From assembly GCA_964016885.1 (NCBI GenBank), contig OZ024741.1:274722001-274786000 (forward strand): 64,000 bases of DNA, in the 5' to 3' direction. This stretch comes from Eledone cirrhosa. Lineage: Eukaryota. Under the pieces are notes generated by a model, which worked only from the letters and a program-made list of their open reading frames with translations, ran no database searches and was not told the origin of the DNA. Shown here piece by piece: positions 26,093 to 38,058 of this stretch. The first letter of the stretch is position 1, and every line of letters begins with the position of its first letter. A program made the translations under genes and the position numbers.

Positions 26093-27886
26093 TTACCTCT
26101 CTGCGTCCCGGGTATCGGGCTGCACAATTTCCATTAGGGTGGGGGATGGGTTGTTGGGTGGGGTGGTGGTTTGTGGAAGTGTAGGGGCATCAGTGTGTTG
26201 TGTGGTTGGGGAGTTTGGAGTTGTGTGGGTGTTTGGGGAGCGGGTGGGGTAGTTTTTTAGGAGGACGCGGTTAATGGGCCCGACGCAGGGGGGACCTACG
26301 TCCTCTTTAAAGTTGTTTTTTAAAGTTTTATAGGTGTCCTGTGGGGCCTTAATCATTTTGAGGTGGGGGAAATCCCCTGCCTGGGTGAAGTTAGGCCCTT
26401 GGGTTTTTATTAGATTGTTGTTGTACACAATGTTTAACAGTTTTTGTTTCTTGTATTTATGTATGTGTATGCTTGTTTTTGTTTTTGTGTGGTGTTTTTT
26501 TGTTTGCTGTTGTTGTGAGCTCTTTTGTGTTGGTGTCAGTGCTATGTTTTGGGGAGGGGTTGTTTTCATTTGTGTGCCTGAGGTGTGTTTTCTTTTTTTT
26601 CTTTTGATTGTGTGGAAGTGCTCCTCCTCGTCTGACGACGAACTAGGGTCATCTTCCGCGTTGGAGGGGAGGGGTATATTTTCGGGTTGTGTTTGCGGTG
26701 CGGGTGTTTTGGAAATTGTTTTTGTTTTTTGAGTGGGGGGGGGGTTGGACATTGTTTTGTTTTGGTTTGAGCTGTGGTGGTTGTTTTTGTAGTGGTAGTT
26801 GTGGTGATTGTGTTGGTTGTGCAGTTGTTGGTGGTGTAGGCAGGATTGGGGTTTTCTTATTAAGTTGGGGACAGACAGCCCTCAGGTGACCTCTGGTTCC
26901 GCAGAGGTAACACGAGGGCCGCCTACCCTCAACGGTAATGTTGATGAAAGTTTGATCATCCAGTATGACGCGTTCAGGGATCTGGGCGATCCTTTCGGGC
27001 CTCATTTGAACTACAAGTTCGAGGCTCGTTCCACTGAACGCGTCACCCGATGCCTTTCCCATGGACACCAGCGTGTCATCATCCAGGTCCAGGAAACCTG
27101 TCAAAACCCATCATATGTCTATAATCGGCAGGATGGTGTGGATTTTTATTTTTTGTGTTCTTCTACCCATGTACGTAGGGTAGAAGGTGTATGCGGTGGA
27201 TGCGATTGGTTTGATGGACAGTTTCACTGCTGTGTTCCTGTCCTTCATGAGAATGGATAGACTCCCGTAGAGTCTATCCTTCTGAATGAGGGTGATGTCC
27301 TTCATGACGTCTTTTAAAACCAGCTCTATCTCACTCTATGATGGTTGAGCTGGTTTTTTGCTTTTATTCGAGATTGTCCTAAACATGAAAGTGTTTAGGA
27401 GTCTCTGGCTTTTTAGTTCCGGGGGGGGGGGGGGGGGGGGGAATGGATCGTGAATGAACCATTTTCCCCGTACACTATATATTTTTTGGCATCTGCCAGT
27501 AGCTCCTTCGCTTTGGTTATATCTACTGGCAGATAGTCGAGGGTTTTCCTTGCCGTCTCGGCGAAGGAGAAATTTTGTTTGTTTGTGTTGCTGTTGTAGT
27601 TGGTGGTGTTGTTGTTATCACAGTTATTGGTCTTGTTGTTGTTGTTATTGTTATTGGTGTTGTTTTCGTCCGTCGCATTGTTGTTGTTGTTGTTGCTGTT
27701 GCTGGTGCCGCTGGTTCTTTGGGTTGTTGCCATGGCAACGTCAAGTTGTCGGTCAACAGGTGGAGAAAATCCTACCTCTGGCTGACCTTTCTTTTTGACC
27801 TCTGCTACTGTGACAGTGGCAGGGGGAAGCTGTAAGTTTATCTTCCCCTTTCCTCCTTCGAATTTTGGTGAAGAAGCTTCAGCCAT
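26093..27886 (-). pseudogene. Tx1-type ORF1 (gag-like) with CCHC zinc knuckle, frameshifted
   Basis: Fragments 27413-27886, 27111-27305, 26649-27104 (CYLCGTRGHLRAVC) and 26093-26752 lie immediately upstream of ORF2. Two breaks coincide with G homopolymers. Confidence 0.8.
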
Positions 27887-28103
27887 TTTAAAAAATGTTA
27901 ACTTTTCAACAAGAAAAAACTTTTTTTTGTTTAACTATTTCGCCTAAAGGCGTAGAATATTTTGAGAGACTGACCAGATCAAAGTTTGACCTGGCAGTCC
28001 CTCTACAAAATGGTACAAAAATTAAAGTTTACAGACAAGAATTTCTATAGAAATTTAAACAGAACTTACTCAGCAAGTTATACGCGTGTGTCCATCCCAG
28101 AAA

Positions 28104-28372
<269 letters not shown>

Positions 28373-28894
28373 ATGTCATTATATTCTTTCCTGTGTTACG
28401 GCCTCTCAACACCCGATGCCAAAATCATTGTTAGTAATAATCATAGCAAGGGAATTCACGCTAGACAGTTCTTTATTGCAGTTGAAAGTTGTCTGAGTAA
28501 AACCAGATTTCGTTGCCAGAATACCAAAGTGAAATCTTGCGAGTGAGAGGTGTCAAACAGTTATTTCTTTCTTTACAACTTATGTTTTGTATTAAAGCGT
28601 TATGTGTTGTCTTCATGATATGTGAGACTGTTGAAAAGGTGGAATGTTGCTGTTGTTCGTGTTCCTGTGTCGATCCTTTCGTTTTGTGTATACACACAAG
28701 TACACGCGCACACATTCACACACGCACACACACACACGCACACACACATACACACACACAAACACGCACACATACATATATTTGTATATATACATATGTG
28801 TGTGTGTGTGTGTGAATCCCGGGTTCAATCAGGGGTGACCACAGTAATGTACTCAATACATTAGTATAGTATATAAAAATTTAATATAGAAATG

Positions 28895-28944
28895 GCTTCT
28901 ACAAGACTAGAACTGTTTCATTCGAAGGAAATCATCAGGGAAGC
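28895..28944 (-). ncRNA. Type I hammerhead ribozyme motif (family G)
   Basis: Minus strand: gcttc(c)-CTGATGA-tttccttcgaat-GAAAC-agttctagtctt-GTA-gaagc. Homologous to 30680-30730 and to a degenerate pair at 47260-47360. Confidence 0.65.
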
Positions 28945-29500
28945 TTTCCTGAGGATTTATATATATATATGTGTATCCGTATGTGGTTGAAGGCTGAGAG
29001 AAAGGAGTACTCAATACCGAAGTCTTGTTACTCTCTTATCAACGATCGATGAAATAGATTGTGGTTGATATGGTCAACTGAATAAATGCGGTGCCACAGC
29101 ATGGCCGTAGTCTAAACTCGTAATAGCGTCCGAAGAAAGGATTTGCTGCCTCTTGTATTCTGGAAGCATGGTCAAATTTAGGCCTTGAAACCTTTGGTAG
29201 CACCTCTGTTCTGTGTATGAACATGAATAAATAATTTATATATACATACTTAACTTTGGTTTAGGCCAGTATTGGTCCAGGCCAATGTGTATATATATAT
29301 ATCTGGGAGTGTAACTTGGTGTTACTGTAGGTTCACCCGAGTGAGCACTCGGCGTTTAGGTTCACTTCTGTGTTGAGGTGTAGAGCTATACAGAGTGTAA
29401 TATATTGGAAGGATGAAGAACCCAAAAGCACACACTTCGTCCGTTCCCATGTCGATTCAACTTGGATTTACTCGGAAACATAACCTTATTATGTAACAAA

Positions 29501-29572
29501 CTGTCTGATGATGTCACGACACTCGCACACAGAACAGTGTGGCCAGTGTCGTCATTGAAATATATATCACAG
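29501..29572 (+). ncRNA. Type I hammerhead ribozyme motif
   Basis: ctgt-CTGATGA-stem II (acgacact/agtgtcgt plus acac/gtgt)-GAAA-tatat-ATC-acag. Confidence 0.8.
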
Positions 29573-29716
29573 CATTATTATTAAAGGACTTGAACATCTG
29601 AAACTACTTCGCTTTTACTTATTCGATATTTACTCCGTCACTCCTATGTGGAAAAAGTACTTGAAAAAGTACTTGAAAGAGTGCTTGAATTGAATTGCAT
29701 CAATGTTTACCCTAAG

Positions 29717-29745
<29 letters not shown>

Positions 29746-29747
<2 letters not shown>

Positions 29748-30039
29748 AAAGGATAACAAGGACGATTGGTTACTCCTTCATTACATTTATTGGTAGGTGT
29801 CGCGCGTTTCGCCACTGATCAGCTCAAGGTTCGATCTCTATCGATCTTACTCGATTCTATAATCGGCAGCTCGACGGACCCATTTTCTAATAGCATTTTA
29901 AAGGGTCCGTCGAGCTGCCGATTATAGAGTCGGGTAAGATCGATACAGATCGAACCTTGAGCTGATCAATCAGTGGCGAAACGCGCGTCACCTACCAATA
30001 AATGTAATGAAGGAGTAACCAATCGTCCTTGTTATCCTT

Positions 30040-30042
<3 letters not shown>
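29746..30042. repeat. ~135-bp-arm inverted repeat in (TA)n carrying GAAAC-gcgc-GTC half-hammerheads
   Basis: Arms are near-identical reverse complements around a ~20-bp spacer. Confidence 0.9.
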
Positions 30043-30103
<61 letters not shown>

Positions 30104-30230
30104 CTGAGTTTTTCGAATATTAATAATAACATTCGATTAGTTTGCAATTATGTAAACAAGCCTTATTTTTAAAGCCATGTCAGTAGAATGAACCCTTAAT
30201 TCTTTCTCTTGTGTTGGCATGTAGGCAGAA

Positions 30231-30274
30231 CTGCAGACACTAATGTTTCTGGGTATCACCCTTCATCAGTACAG
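30231..30274 (-). ncRNA. Type I hammerhead ribozyme motif
   Basis: Minus strand: ctgta-CTGATGA-agggtgataccca-GAAAC-attagt-GTC-tgcag. All three stems pair. Confidence 0.85.
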
Positions 30275-30353
30275 ATCACTGTTCACCTGCCAACTGTCAG
30301 AGCTTGTGAAAATATATGCTATTTTCTAAAAATACAGGAAACTGACTGGCCAA

Positions 30354-30450
30354 TCTGCTGATATGCAAATCTGGCTGATCAGTGGATCTGCTAATATGCA
30401 GATCTGACTGATCAGCCAGTCTGCTAATATGCAAATCAGGCTGATCAGTC
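30354..30450. repeat. Three tandem 33-bp units, two with a perfect ATGCAAAT
   Basis: Units start at 30354, 30387 and 30420 (tctgct(g/a)atatgca(a/g)atc...ctgatcag). Confidence 0.85.
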
Positions 30451-30679
30451 ACTGTATATGATCTTTAATGCGAAGAAATACCAATGACTGTTGGAAGATC
30501 ATATATATATATATATATAAGTTATTCCGGGTTCACTATAAATACAGCTTTAAAGAATTAGCTTTTAAAGAATTCCCTTTTCTTTAAACCCATCGACCAA
30601 TAACCTCCACCCATCCCAATCCCCACCCTCTCCTACCACCAGAAAAGATATAAATACCACCATATTTACTTTGACAGTC

Positions 30680-30730
30680 AGCTTCCTGATGATTTCTCAC
30701 GAATGAAACAGTTCTAGTCCTGTAGAAGCT
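30680..30730 (+). ncRNA. Type I hammerhead ribozyme motif (family G)
   Basis: agcttc-CTGATGA-tttctcacgaat-GAA-acag/ctgt stem III-A-gaagct, GUA cleavage triplet. Confidence 0.85.
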
Positions 30731-30746
30731 TTTCTATATTAAACCT

Positions 30747-30803
<57 letters not shown>

Positions 30804-30818
30804 TAAACGGAATATATA

Positions 30819-31230
30819 TATATTAATAAAAGGAATTCCAACTTTGTCTGATTTACTCGTTTTATTTACAATCCTTTAAAATTTATAATGGTATTAGAAT
30901 GAAATAGTATGGTAGAATATTAAATGTTAAGTGTTAATTGAACAAGTACTTTCATGCTTTCGCAATCTTCGGGTTCATATTGTGTGGTGACAGTCAAGTT
31001 AGCAATTTTCGGAAATTGCAAACTTGACTGTCACCACACAATATGAACCTGAAGATTGCGAAAGCATGAAAATACTTGTTCAATTAACACTTAACATTTA
31101 ATATTCTACCATACTATTTCATTCTAATACCATTATAAATTTTAAAGGATTGTAAATAAAACGAGAAAATCAGACAAAGTTGGAATTCCTTTTATTAATA
31201 TAATCTTCTATACACAATCATACACACCCG
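30819..31230. mobile_element. Fold-back (inverted dimer) of the Neptune PLE 3' pLTR, with HHR at 31044-31082 and a mirrored copy
   Basis: Right arm is nearly identical to 60433-60653 and ends at the same 'catacacacccg'. Left arm is its reverse complement, centred near 31010. Confidence 0.88.
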
Positions 31231-31234
31231 AGTA

Positions 31235-31280
<46 letters not shown>

Positions 31281-31285
<5 letters not shown>

Positions 31286-31480
31286 TAAAATAACAGATTA
31301 AAGTTTAAGCAAAGAATCGGTGCTTTCACCCTTAACGGGATCTTCTGAAACTCTTCAGAAGATCCCGTCAAGGGTGAAAGCACCGATTAATAAATATTTG
31401 CTCTACGGTTCTTATGTATTTGATATATATTTATCCTTATCGAGCCCTCTTTGGATTTTAGTCTTCAAATTTATTATTAT

Positions 31481-31484
<4 letters not shown>
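31281..31484. mobile_element. Fold-back fragment of the Nematis PLE 3' pLTR with CAGAAGA hammerhead variant
   Basis: 31281-31352 is the reverse complement of 49730-49801. 31354-31484 matches 49733-49890 with an internal deletion. Confidence 0.85.
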
Positions 31485-31545
<61 letters not shown>

Positions 31546-31719
31546 GGAGTTACAAGCCGTTTATGTCCTATTATATATATATGATCCCGCCGATGCTAAC
31601 TTTGCCTTTCATAATTACGGGGTCAATAAAATAAAGTACCAGTAATACACTGGGATAATTGCTGGCTTTGTGCCAAAAGTAGAAACAATTATATATATAT
31701 ATATATATATGTATATATA

Positions 31720-32005
31720 CTGAAGACAGCATGTATATGTGAAGGTATGTATATTTCCTCTGATAATTTGTAATATTTTTACATAGATCTATATGATATA
31801 CATACCAACACACATATACATCCTAGAAACGATCGTAAAATGATGAATTTTTTAATATAAGGAACTTGTTCTTTGTTTTTATTTCATTGTTTTTATTAAT
31901 TTATCTTGACTCGAAAATTTTTGAATGCATCTTCTCTTTTCATGATATTTGGATTACATTGAGTTCTTCATACAGATTGGACACTACCGTATATTTTGGT
32001 AGATT

Positions 32006-32011
<6 letters not shown>
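31720..32011 (+). mobile_element. pLTR-like module (family F) with long-stem-II hammerhead (31720-31845), 5' strand of stem I lost
   Basis: CTGAAGA...atgtatatgtg/cacatatacat and ggtatgtatat/atatacatacc...GAAAC-gatc-GTA-aaatgatg. Confidence 0.75.
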
Positions 32012-32097
<86 letters not shown>

Positions 32098-32134
32098 AGA
32101 AAAATGGAGCGCTGCGTGGTTGCACATGGGTTAC

Positions 32135-32601
32135 ATATGAATAAAATTAGTCCTTCATCAGTGATCTTCCAACTTTCATTGGTATTTCATCGCTTTAAAA
32201 ATCATATACCTCTAGTTGGTGCGAGCAATAACTAAATAAAGTTATTGGGACAAGTAAAATAGGGTGAAACGAGCGAGACATGTAAACACACAACGATGGT
32301 ATTGCAACGGAAAGATTGGAAGAGACAAGTACATGAAATATGTAAGCTTAAGCTTGGTGAATTCATGGGCGAGAGATACAGACCATCCGACATGGGTGAG
32401 ATGTGAGCAAGAAAAGGATTTCACACATCTTTCCGTTGCCATACCATCGTTGTGTGTTTACATGTCTCGCTCGTTTCACCCTATTTTACTTGTCCCAATA
32501 ACTTTATTTAGTTATTGCTCGCACCAACTAGAGGTATATGATTTTTAAAGCGATGAAATACCAATGAAAGTTGGAAGATCACTGATGAAGGACTAATTTT
32601 A

Positions 32602-32608
<7 letters not shown>
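32135..32608. repeat. ~180-bp-arm inverted repeat with ~110-bp spacer, in (TA)n
   Basis: 32135-32317 versus 32427-32608 are near-perfect reverse complements. Family shared with 9.7 kb and 57.3 kb. Confidence 0.9.
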
Positions 32609-32642
<34 letters not shown>

Positions 32643-32721
32643 CGAAGGAAAAGTGGTAAGGAACCAGGTGGACCATAACGCACCAAAGTACTCAATACTT
32701 AGGGTAGTAGAGTGGGTAGTT

Positions 32722-32792
<71 letters not shown>

Positions 32793-32796
<4 letters not shown>

Positions 32797-33402
32797 TGGC
32801 TGCCAACTCGTTTTCGAGTACGGCCACTACTTTACATCCATGTAGGAGAACCCCTGCCGATGCGCTGAACGAGTGTGACTTTTTAGTCCAGCCAGCGACT
32901 TGAAAACTCTGGTACAAACACTACACTTGTGACCATTATTGACACATAGTGCTGGGCCCACGGTACCATGTGAGGACAAGTGCAGAGAGATCTCCAGATA
33001 TAAAGCAATGCCTGTGCCGTGAAGCTTTTATAGTGAGCAAAGGCACTGCACAAAGCCAGTCCCACTCTCTTAACCAAGATGATATTTACCAAAAAGAAGA
33101 ACAAGTCAACATCATTGGATACCATCAGGGTTGCAGGTGTTATATCAGAGTTTTCCTTCTCCTAGAATTCTGCCTTGACAAAGGCTAAGGGGTGATCTCT
33201 CCCGGTGATTTTGGATGGCCATTGACTCTTAAGAGCTCCTTTGCCCTTTCACAGGTTTTGTTTTTAGTCCTGCAGGATGTCCAAAGTCACCCTCCTCACC
33301 AAGAAACCTTGGTGGGGTTGCCAGTTTAGTCGCCAACGACCCGACCATGAGACAGGTTGTACTGGGATACATGTTACCAGTAGCACCAACTGGTGACCTG
33401 CC
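32793..33402 (-). mobile_element. Non-autonomous RTE-derived element (~600 bp)
   Basis: Reverse complement of 60881-61470. Ends with a C2H2 remnant and a ctcg-aaaa-cgag hairpin before (TA)n. Confidence 0.7.
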
Positions 33403-33403
33403 A

Positions 33404-34012
33404 TGATTGGGTCAGTTTGTGGCATGTCATCCTTATGTACCCTTATATGGCTGTTAAGACAAGAAATTGACTTGCAGATGTTTTTAGCATACCACACGTA
33501 GTCTCACCTAGCATTGAAGAGATAGAGCTGCATACAGTTGGTTTTTTATGTGATTTTAAATGAGTGATGTACCCATGCTTGTGTATGTATGTATGTATGT
33601 CAGCTTCGAAAAAGCCACAGTATGTACCTCAATAAGAAGAGAGCTGGAGTTGTGAGGTGTGTGGTCATCTACTGCTCTCTAAATCTGGGTACATCACTCA
33701 TTTAAAATCACATAAAAAACCAACTGTATGCAGCTCTATCCCTTCAATGCTAGGTGAGACTACGTGTGGTATGCTAAAAACATCTGCAAGTCAATTTCTC
33801 GTCGTAACAGCCATATAAGGGTACATAAGGATGACATGCCACAAACTGACCCAATCAATCCAATAGAGGGCGCATCTTTTGTCTGTCACATTTGCTGCAG
33901 ACTGTGCAAATCTAAAGCTGGACTTAAAAGCCACCTAGGAGGCCTTCAACGGACGTTTGGAGTTGGTGACGGCTGATGGGGGGGGGGGTGCATAGGGAAA
34001 CGGCCATCATCT
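33404..34012 (+). mobile_element. RTE-like LINE 3' end with C2H2 remnants, plus an inverted duplicate (33404-33575 vs 33686-33857)
   Basis: CEVC...HLKSH, ICKS....NSHIRVH and CHICCRLCKSKAGLKSHL, ending 'ggccatcatc'. Confidence 0.6.
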
Positions 34013-34039
34013 GCTGGTACCTCCACCGTGGGGCGCTTC

Positions 34040-35050
34040 TCCTCCACCACCACCACCACCACCCATTCTCACTGGGCAACACTACCACCACAACCATCAC
34101 CACCATCCCTGTAACGACTGTCAGTACCACCCCACCACCACCACCACCGCCATCACCGTCACCACTGCCGCTCCCACAAACCCCAACCCCATCAACACTG
34201 CCATCACTACAAACCACCGTTCTCACCACCACCACCGCCGCCACTGCCACTACCACCACCATTAGCGCCTTCATTATTACTACCATCACCAACACCAACA
34301 CCACCACAACCCCCGTCACCACCACCACCACCACCACTACCAGCAGCAGCAGCACTACCACCACCAGCAGTGGCATCATCATTACTACCACCAACATCAC
34401 TACCACTGTCACCACCACCACCACCACCATCAGTGGCACCATCACTACTACCACCAACACCTCCACCACCATCACTACCACTGTCACCACCACCATCAGC
34501 GGCATCATCACTACTACCACCAACACCGTCACCACCACCACTGCCACCACCACCACTACAACCACCATCAGTGGCACCATCACTACTACCACCACTACCA
34601 CCACTACCACCACCTCTGCCACCACCACCACCACCACCATCACTACTACCATCACTACCACCACCACAACCACCACCACCACCATCAGTGGCACCATCAC
34701 TACTACCACCACCATCAGCGGCATCATCACTACTACCAACCACCACCACCACCACCACCATCAGTGCACCATCACTACTACCACCACCACCACCACTACC
34801 ACCACCATCAGTGGTACCATCACTACTACCACCACTACTACCACCACCACCACCACCTCTACTGCCACCACCACCACCATCATCATCACAACCACCATCA
34901 CCACACCACCACCACCACCACTGCCACCACCACTGCCACCACCATCAGTGGCATCATCACTACAACCACCAACACCACACCCGTCAGCACCATTGCCACC
35001 ACCCCTACCGTCAGACACCACCCCTAACCATCCTCCCACCCCACCATCCT
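34040..35050. repeat. (CAC/CTA)n low-complexity tract with recurrent 'catcagtggcaccatcactac' unit
   Basis: Directly visible. Confidence 0.9.
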
Positions 35051-36094
35051 GACAGTTCTCCTTAGTCACATCATCTCCCCCTTTTTACCATCTCCCTTCA
35101 CCCCACCCCTCCTATCTGCCACAGAACAGATTAGACGAGCGGAAGAAGGAGGTGGTGGGGGATAAGGAGGAGGAGAGGATAGACACAGGCTTCTGACACA
35201 CGCACACTCTCATACACATACACACTTACACACGTAGATACAGAGAGAGAGTGGGTGTGTATGGATACACCCCCCCCTCTCTCTCTCTCTCTCTCTCTCA
35301 CCTACACATATACACGCACCAACGCAGAAACACACACATACACACATAGACACAGCCATGCATACACACACTCTCTCACTCACCTACATATATATACTTA
35401 CACACGCAGAAACACACACATACACACACAGCCATCCATACACACACCCCTCTCTCTCTCTCTCACACACACATACACACACACACCTACACATACACAC
35501 GCACAAACACACACAAATACATATACCCACACAACCATCCATACACACACACACCCTCCCTCTCTCACCTACACATATACTTATACACGCAGATACACAC
35601 ACAGCCATCCATACACACCCGCTCTCTATCTCTCTCTGTCTCACCATTTCTCTCTCCGTCTCTCTCTCACCAACACACGTATACTTACACATAAACACAC
35701 CGACACTCACACATGCATACGCACATATTCACCCCCCTCACCCATACACACACACATAAATACACATATTCACACACACCCACATAAATACACACAGTCA
35801 TCCTACACACACATAAATACACATATTCACACACACATAAATACACAGTCACCCACACACACATAAATACACATATTCACCCACACACACACATAAATAC
35901 ACACAGTCACCCACACACACACATAAATACACATATTCATTCACCCTACACACACTCACAACACACACTCACAACATGCGCACTCGTATTGTTGTCGTTG
36001 TTGTTACAGCTCACACCTATACAGGTTTAGCTGGCCTCCTCTAAGGTATATCTTGATGGAGGTGTCTTGGGTAATTTAATGATAGGGACCCCAG

Positions 36095-36248
36095 TCCTAT
36101 CATCTCATTTCTACAGCTGAGTAAACTGGAGCAACGTGAAATAAAGTGTCTTGCTCAAGGAAACCACACATCACCCGGTCCAAGAATTGAACTCACAACA
36201 TTTCGATTCCAAACCCAATGCTCTAACCACTAAGCCATGCGCCTTCAC
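36095..36248 (-). mobile_element. tRNA-derived SINE (family 2), with an adjacent family-1 remnant at 36262-36390
   Basis: Minus strand: A box tggcttagtgg, B box gagttcaattc, then 'ccttgagcaagacacttta'. Confidence 0.75.
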
Positions 36249-36555
36249 AAAACTGTGAAGTACTAGACTGGTATATTTTTATCGACCTCAAAATGATGAA
36301 AGGCAAAGTTTACCTCGGCGAGATTTAAACTCAGAGAGCAGAGAGACGAAACAAATACTAGAAAGTATTCTATCCGATGTTCTAATGACTTTTAGAATGC
36401 ATTACGGATGACAAAAATCAAATCAAATAGGGAGAAAGATAGGAGAAAGAGAAAGCATACATACTTACATACATAGAAACACACACACATACAAGCACAC
36501 ATACATACATACATTCATACATACATACAAACATACATACATACATACATACATG

Positions 36556-37180
36556 ATGCATGATGGCTGCCCCCTCGTTATCGAGTATGGCCATTGCACG
36601 ATATACCATTATTAATAATTATTAATTAATTCTATCGTGCAATGCCTGTGCGTGAAGATATTTTTTAAAGTGAGGAAAGACTGTGCACTGAGCCAATCCC
36701 ACTCTCTGAGCGACAGTAGCTATAACCCGAAAAGAAGAAAAGATCAACATCATCGGTAACTACTGAACCGCAGGTTTTATATCGGAGTTATCCCAGTTTC
36801 ATGAGTTGCCTTCTCCTAGAAGAATGCCCTGACAAAGGCTAGGGGTCCTTCACGCCCAGTGTTTTAACCGCGCGAACGGGTGTCCAGCCCGACTATTTCT
36901 ATGTCCCCGCGCAAATACATACACATGCACCCATGTATATACACATATACATACATATGTACATGTGTATATACATATTTACACACTTTGGGATGGCCGT
37001 TGACTCTTATGAGTTCTTCCGCCCTTTGTGAGGTTTTGTTTTTTGTCCGGCAGGGTGTCCAAAATCACCCTCCTCACCAAGTAAACTTTGTGGGGTTGCC
37101 GGTTTAGTCGCCGACGACCCGACCATGCGACAGGTTGTACTGGGTTAGATGTTACCAGTGGCACTCAAGAGTGACCCGAC
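36556..37180 (-). mobile_element. Second subfamily of non-autonomous RTE-derived element
   Basis: 5' ~200 bp is homologous to 33215-33400 and 60881-61050. Ends with a ctcg-ataa-cgag hairpin, then gcagccatcat and (TATG)n. Confidence 0.65.
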
Positions 37181-37194
37181 ATACATACATACAT

Positions 37195-38018
37195 TCAATG
37201 TATGAACAAGATTAAAAAAAAAATTGACTACTTTACAGAGACGAAAAACACAGACCATACAGGGGTAAATCATTAAAAAAAACCTGGCATGGAGTCCCGA
37301 CAAGTTTATGACAGCCCACCTTGAAGGATATCTCTATGCAAAACAGGAACAAGAAGTCCCTACCAAATATCTGCTACATAAAAGAGGAGGGCCATCAGTC
37401 AACAATAAATGTAGGCTTTGTAAAACAAAGATCGAAGATGTTAGCCACATTGTTGCCAGCTGCGAAAGAATGTCGTCTCGCTACTACCTCCCTATGAGCC
37501 ACGATGGGATAGCTAGAACCATCTGGAGCGCATTTAGGAAGACAAAATTAAAAACAAATAAGGAGGAATATGTTGAGATAGATGGCACTAAAGAATACTG
37601 GTCGAACCTGAAAATAAAAGCTGCCACCAAATTAAAGCACAACCGGCCTTATATTGTTGTTTGGGACCACACATTAAAAACGTGCTCTGTTGTAGAGATC
37701 AGCTGCCCACTTGATGTAAATATTGTAAGAAAAGTACAAGAGAAGGAGGACATCTACGGACCATTGATGAGGAGTTTACAAATCCAGTATCCAAGATACA
37801 CCTTCAGCTTCATACCCATCATTATTGGAACTACAGGTTATATACCAGCCCGCTTGGACCAAATATAACTGAACTTGGAAATGGTTGTGATAGCTGGCAC
37901 CTTCAAAATTTGCAAAGCATTCTTGCGTTTCAATGGATGACAATTACTTTTCTTTTACAACCTTGCCACCAGGAAGGTGGCCGGTCAAAAATGTACACGA
38001 AATTAAGAGAAAGAGAAA
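37195..38018 (+). mobile_element. 5'-truncated R4/Dong-clade LINE (family A): CCHC + restriction-like endonuclease
   Basis: CRLC....EDVSHIVASC, SHD, HNRPYIVVWD...EISCP and KEDIY. 3' UTR hairpin gccacc/ggtggc. (TACA)n flanks. Confidence 0.88.
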
Positions 38019-38058
38019 CATACATACATACATACATACATACATACATACATACATA

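Larger units (their letters stand above)
22366..28103 (-). mobile_element. Near full-length Tx1/L1-clade non-LTR retrotransposon
   Basis: 5' UTR, ORF1, ORF2 (APE-RT-Zn) and 3' UTR ending aataaaagaaac. (TATC)n-type sequence at both ends. Confidence 0.92.

Noticed and set aside
33310-33402. HDV-like ribozyme at the 5' end of the RTE derivative
   Set aside because: P2-, P3- and P4-like pairings are visible, but there is no room for the P1 3' strand in canonical order. Kept only as unspecified structure.
33976-35052. Mucin-like Thr-rich ORF
   Set aside because: Trinucleotide low-complexity tract open in several frames on both strands.
36170-36248. tRNA gene
   Set aside because: A and B boxes are present but there is no intact cloverleaf. 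It is the head of a SINE.
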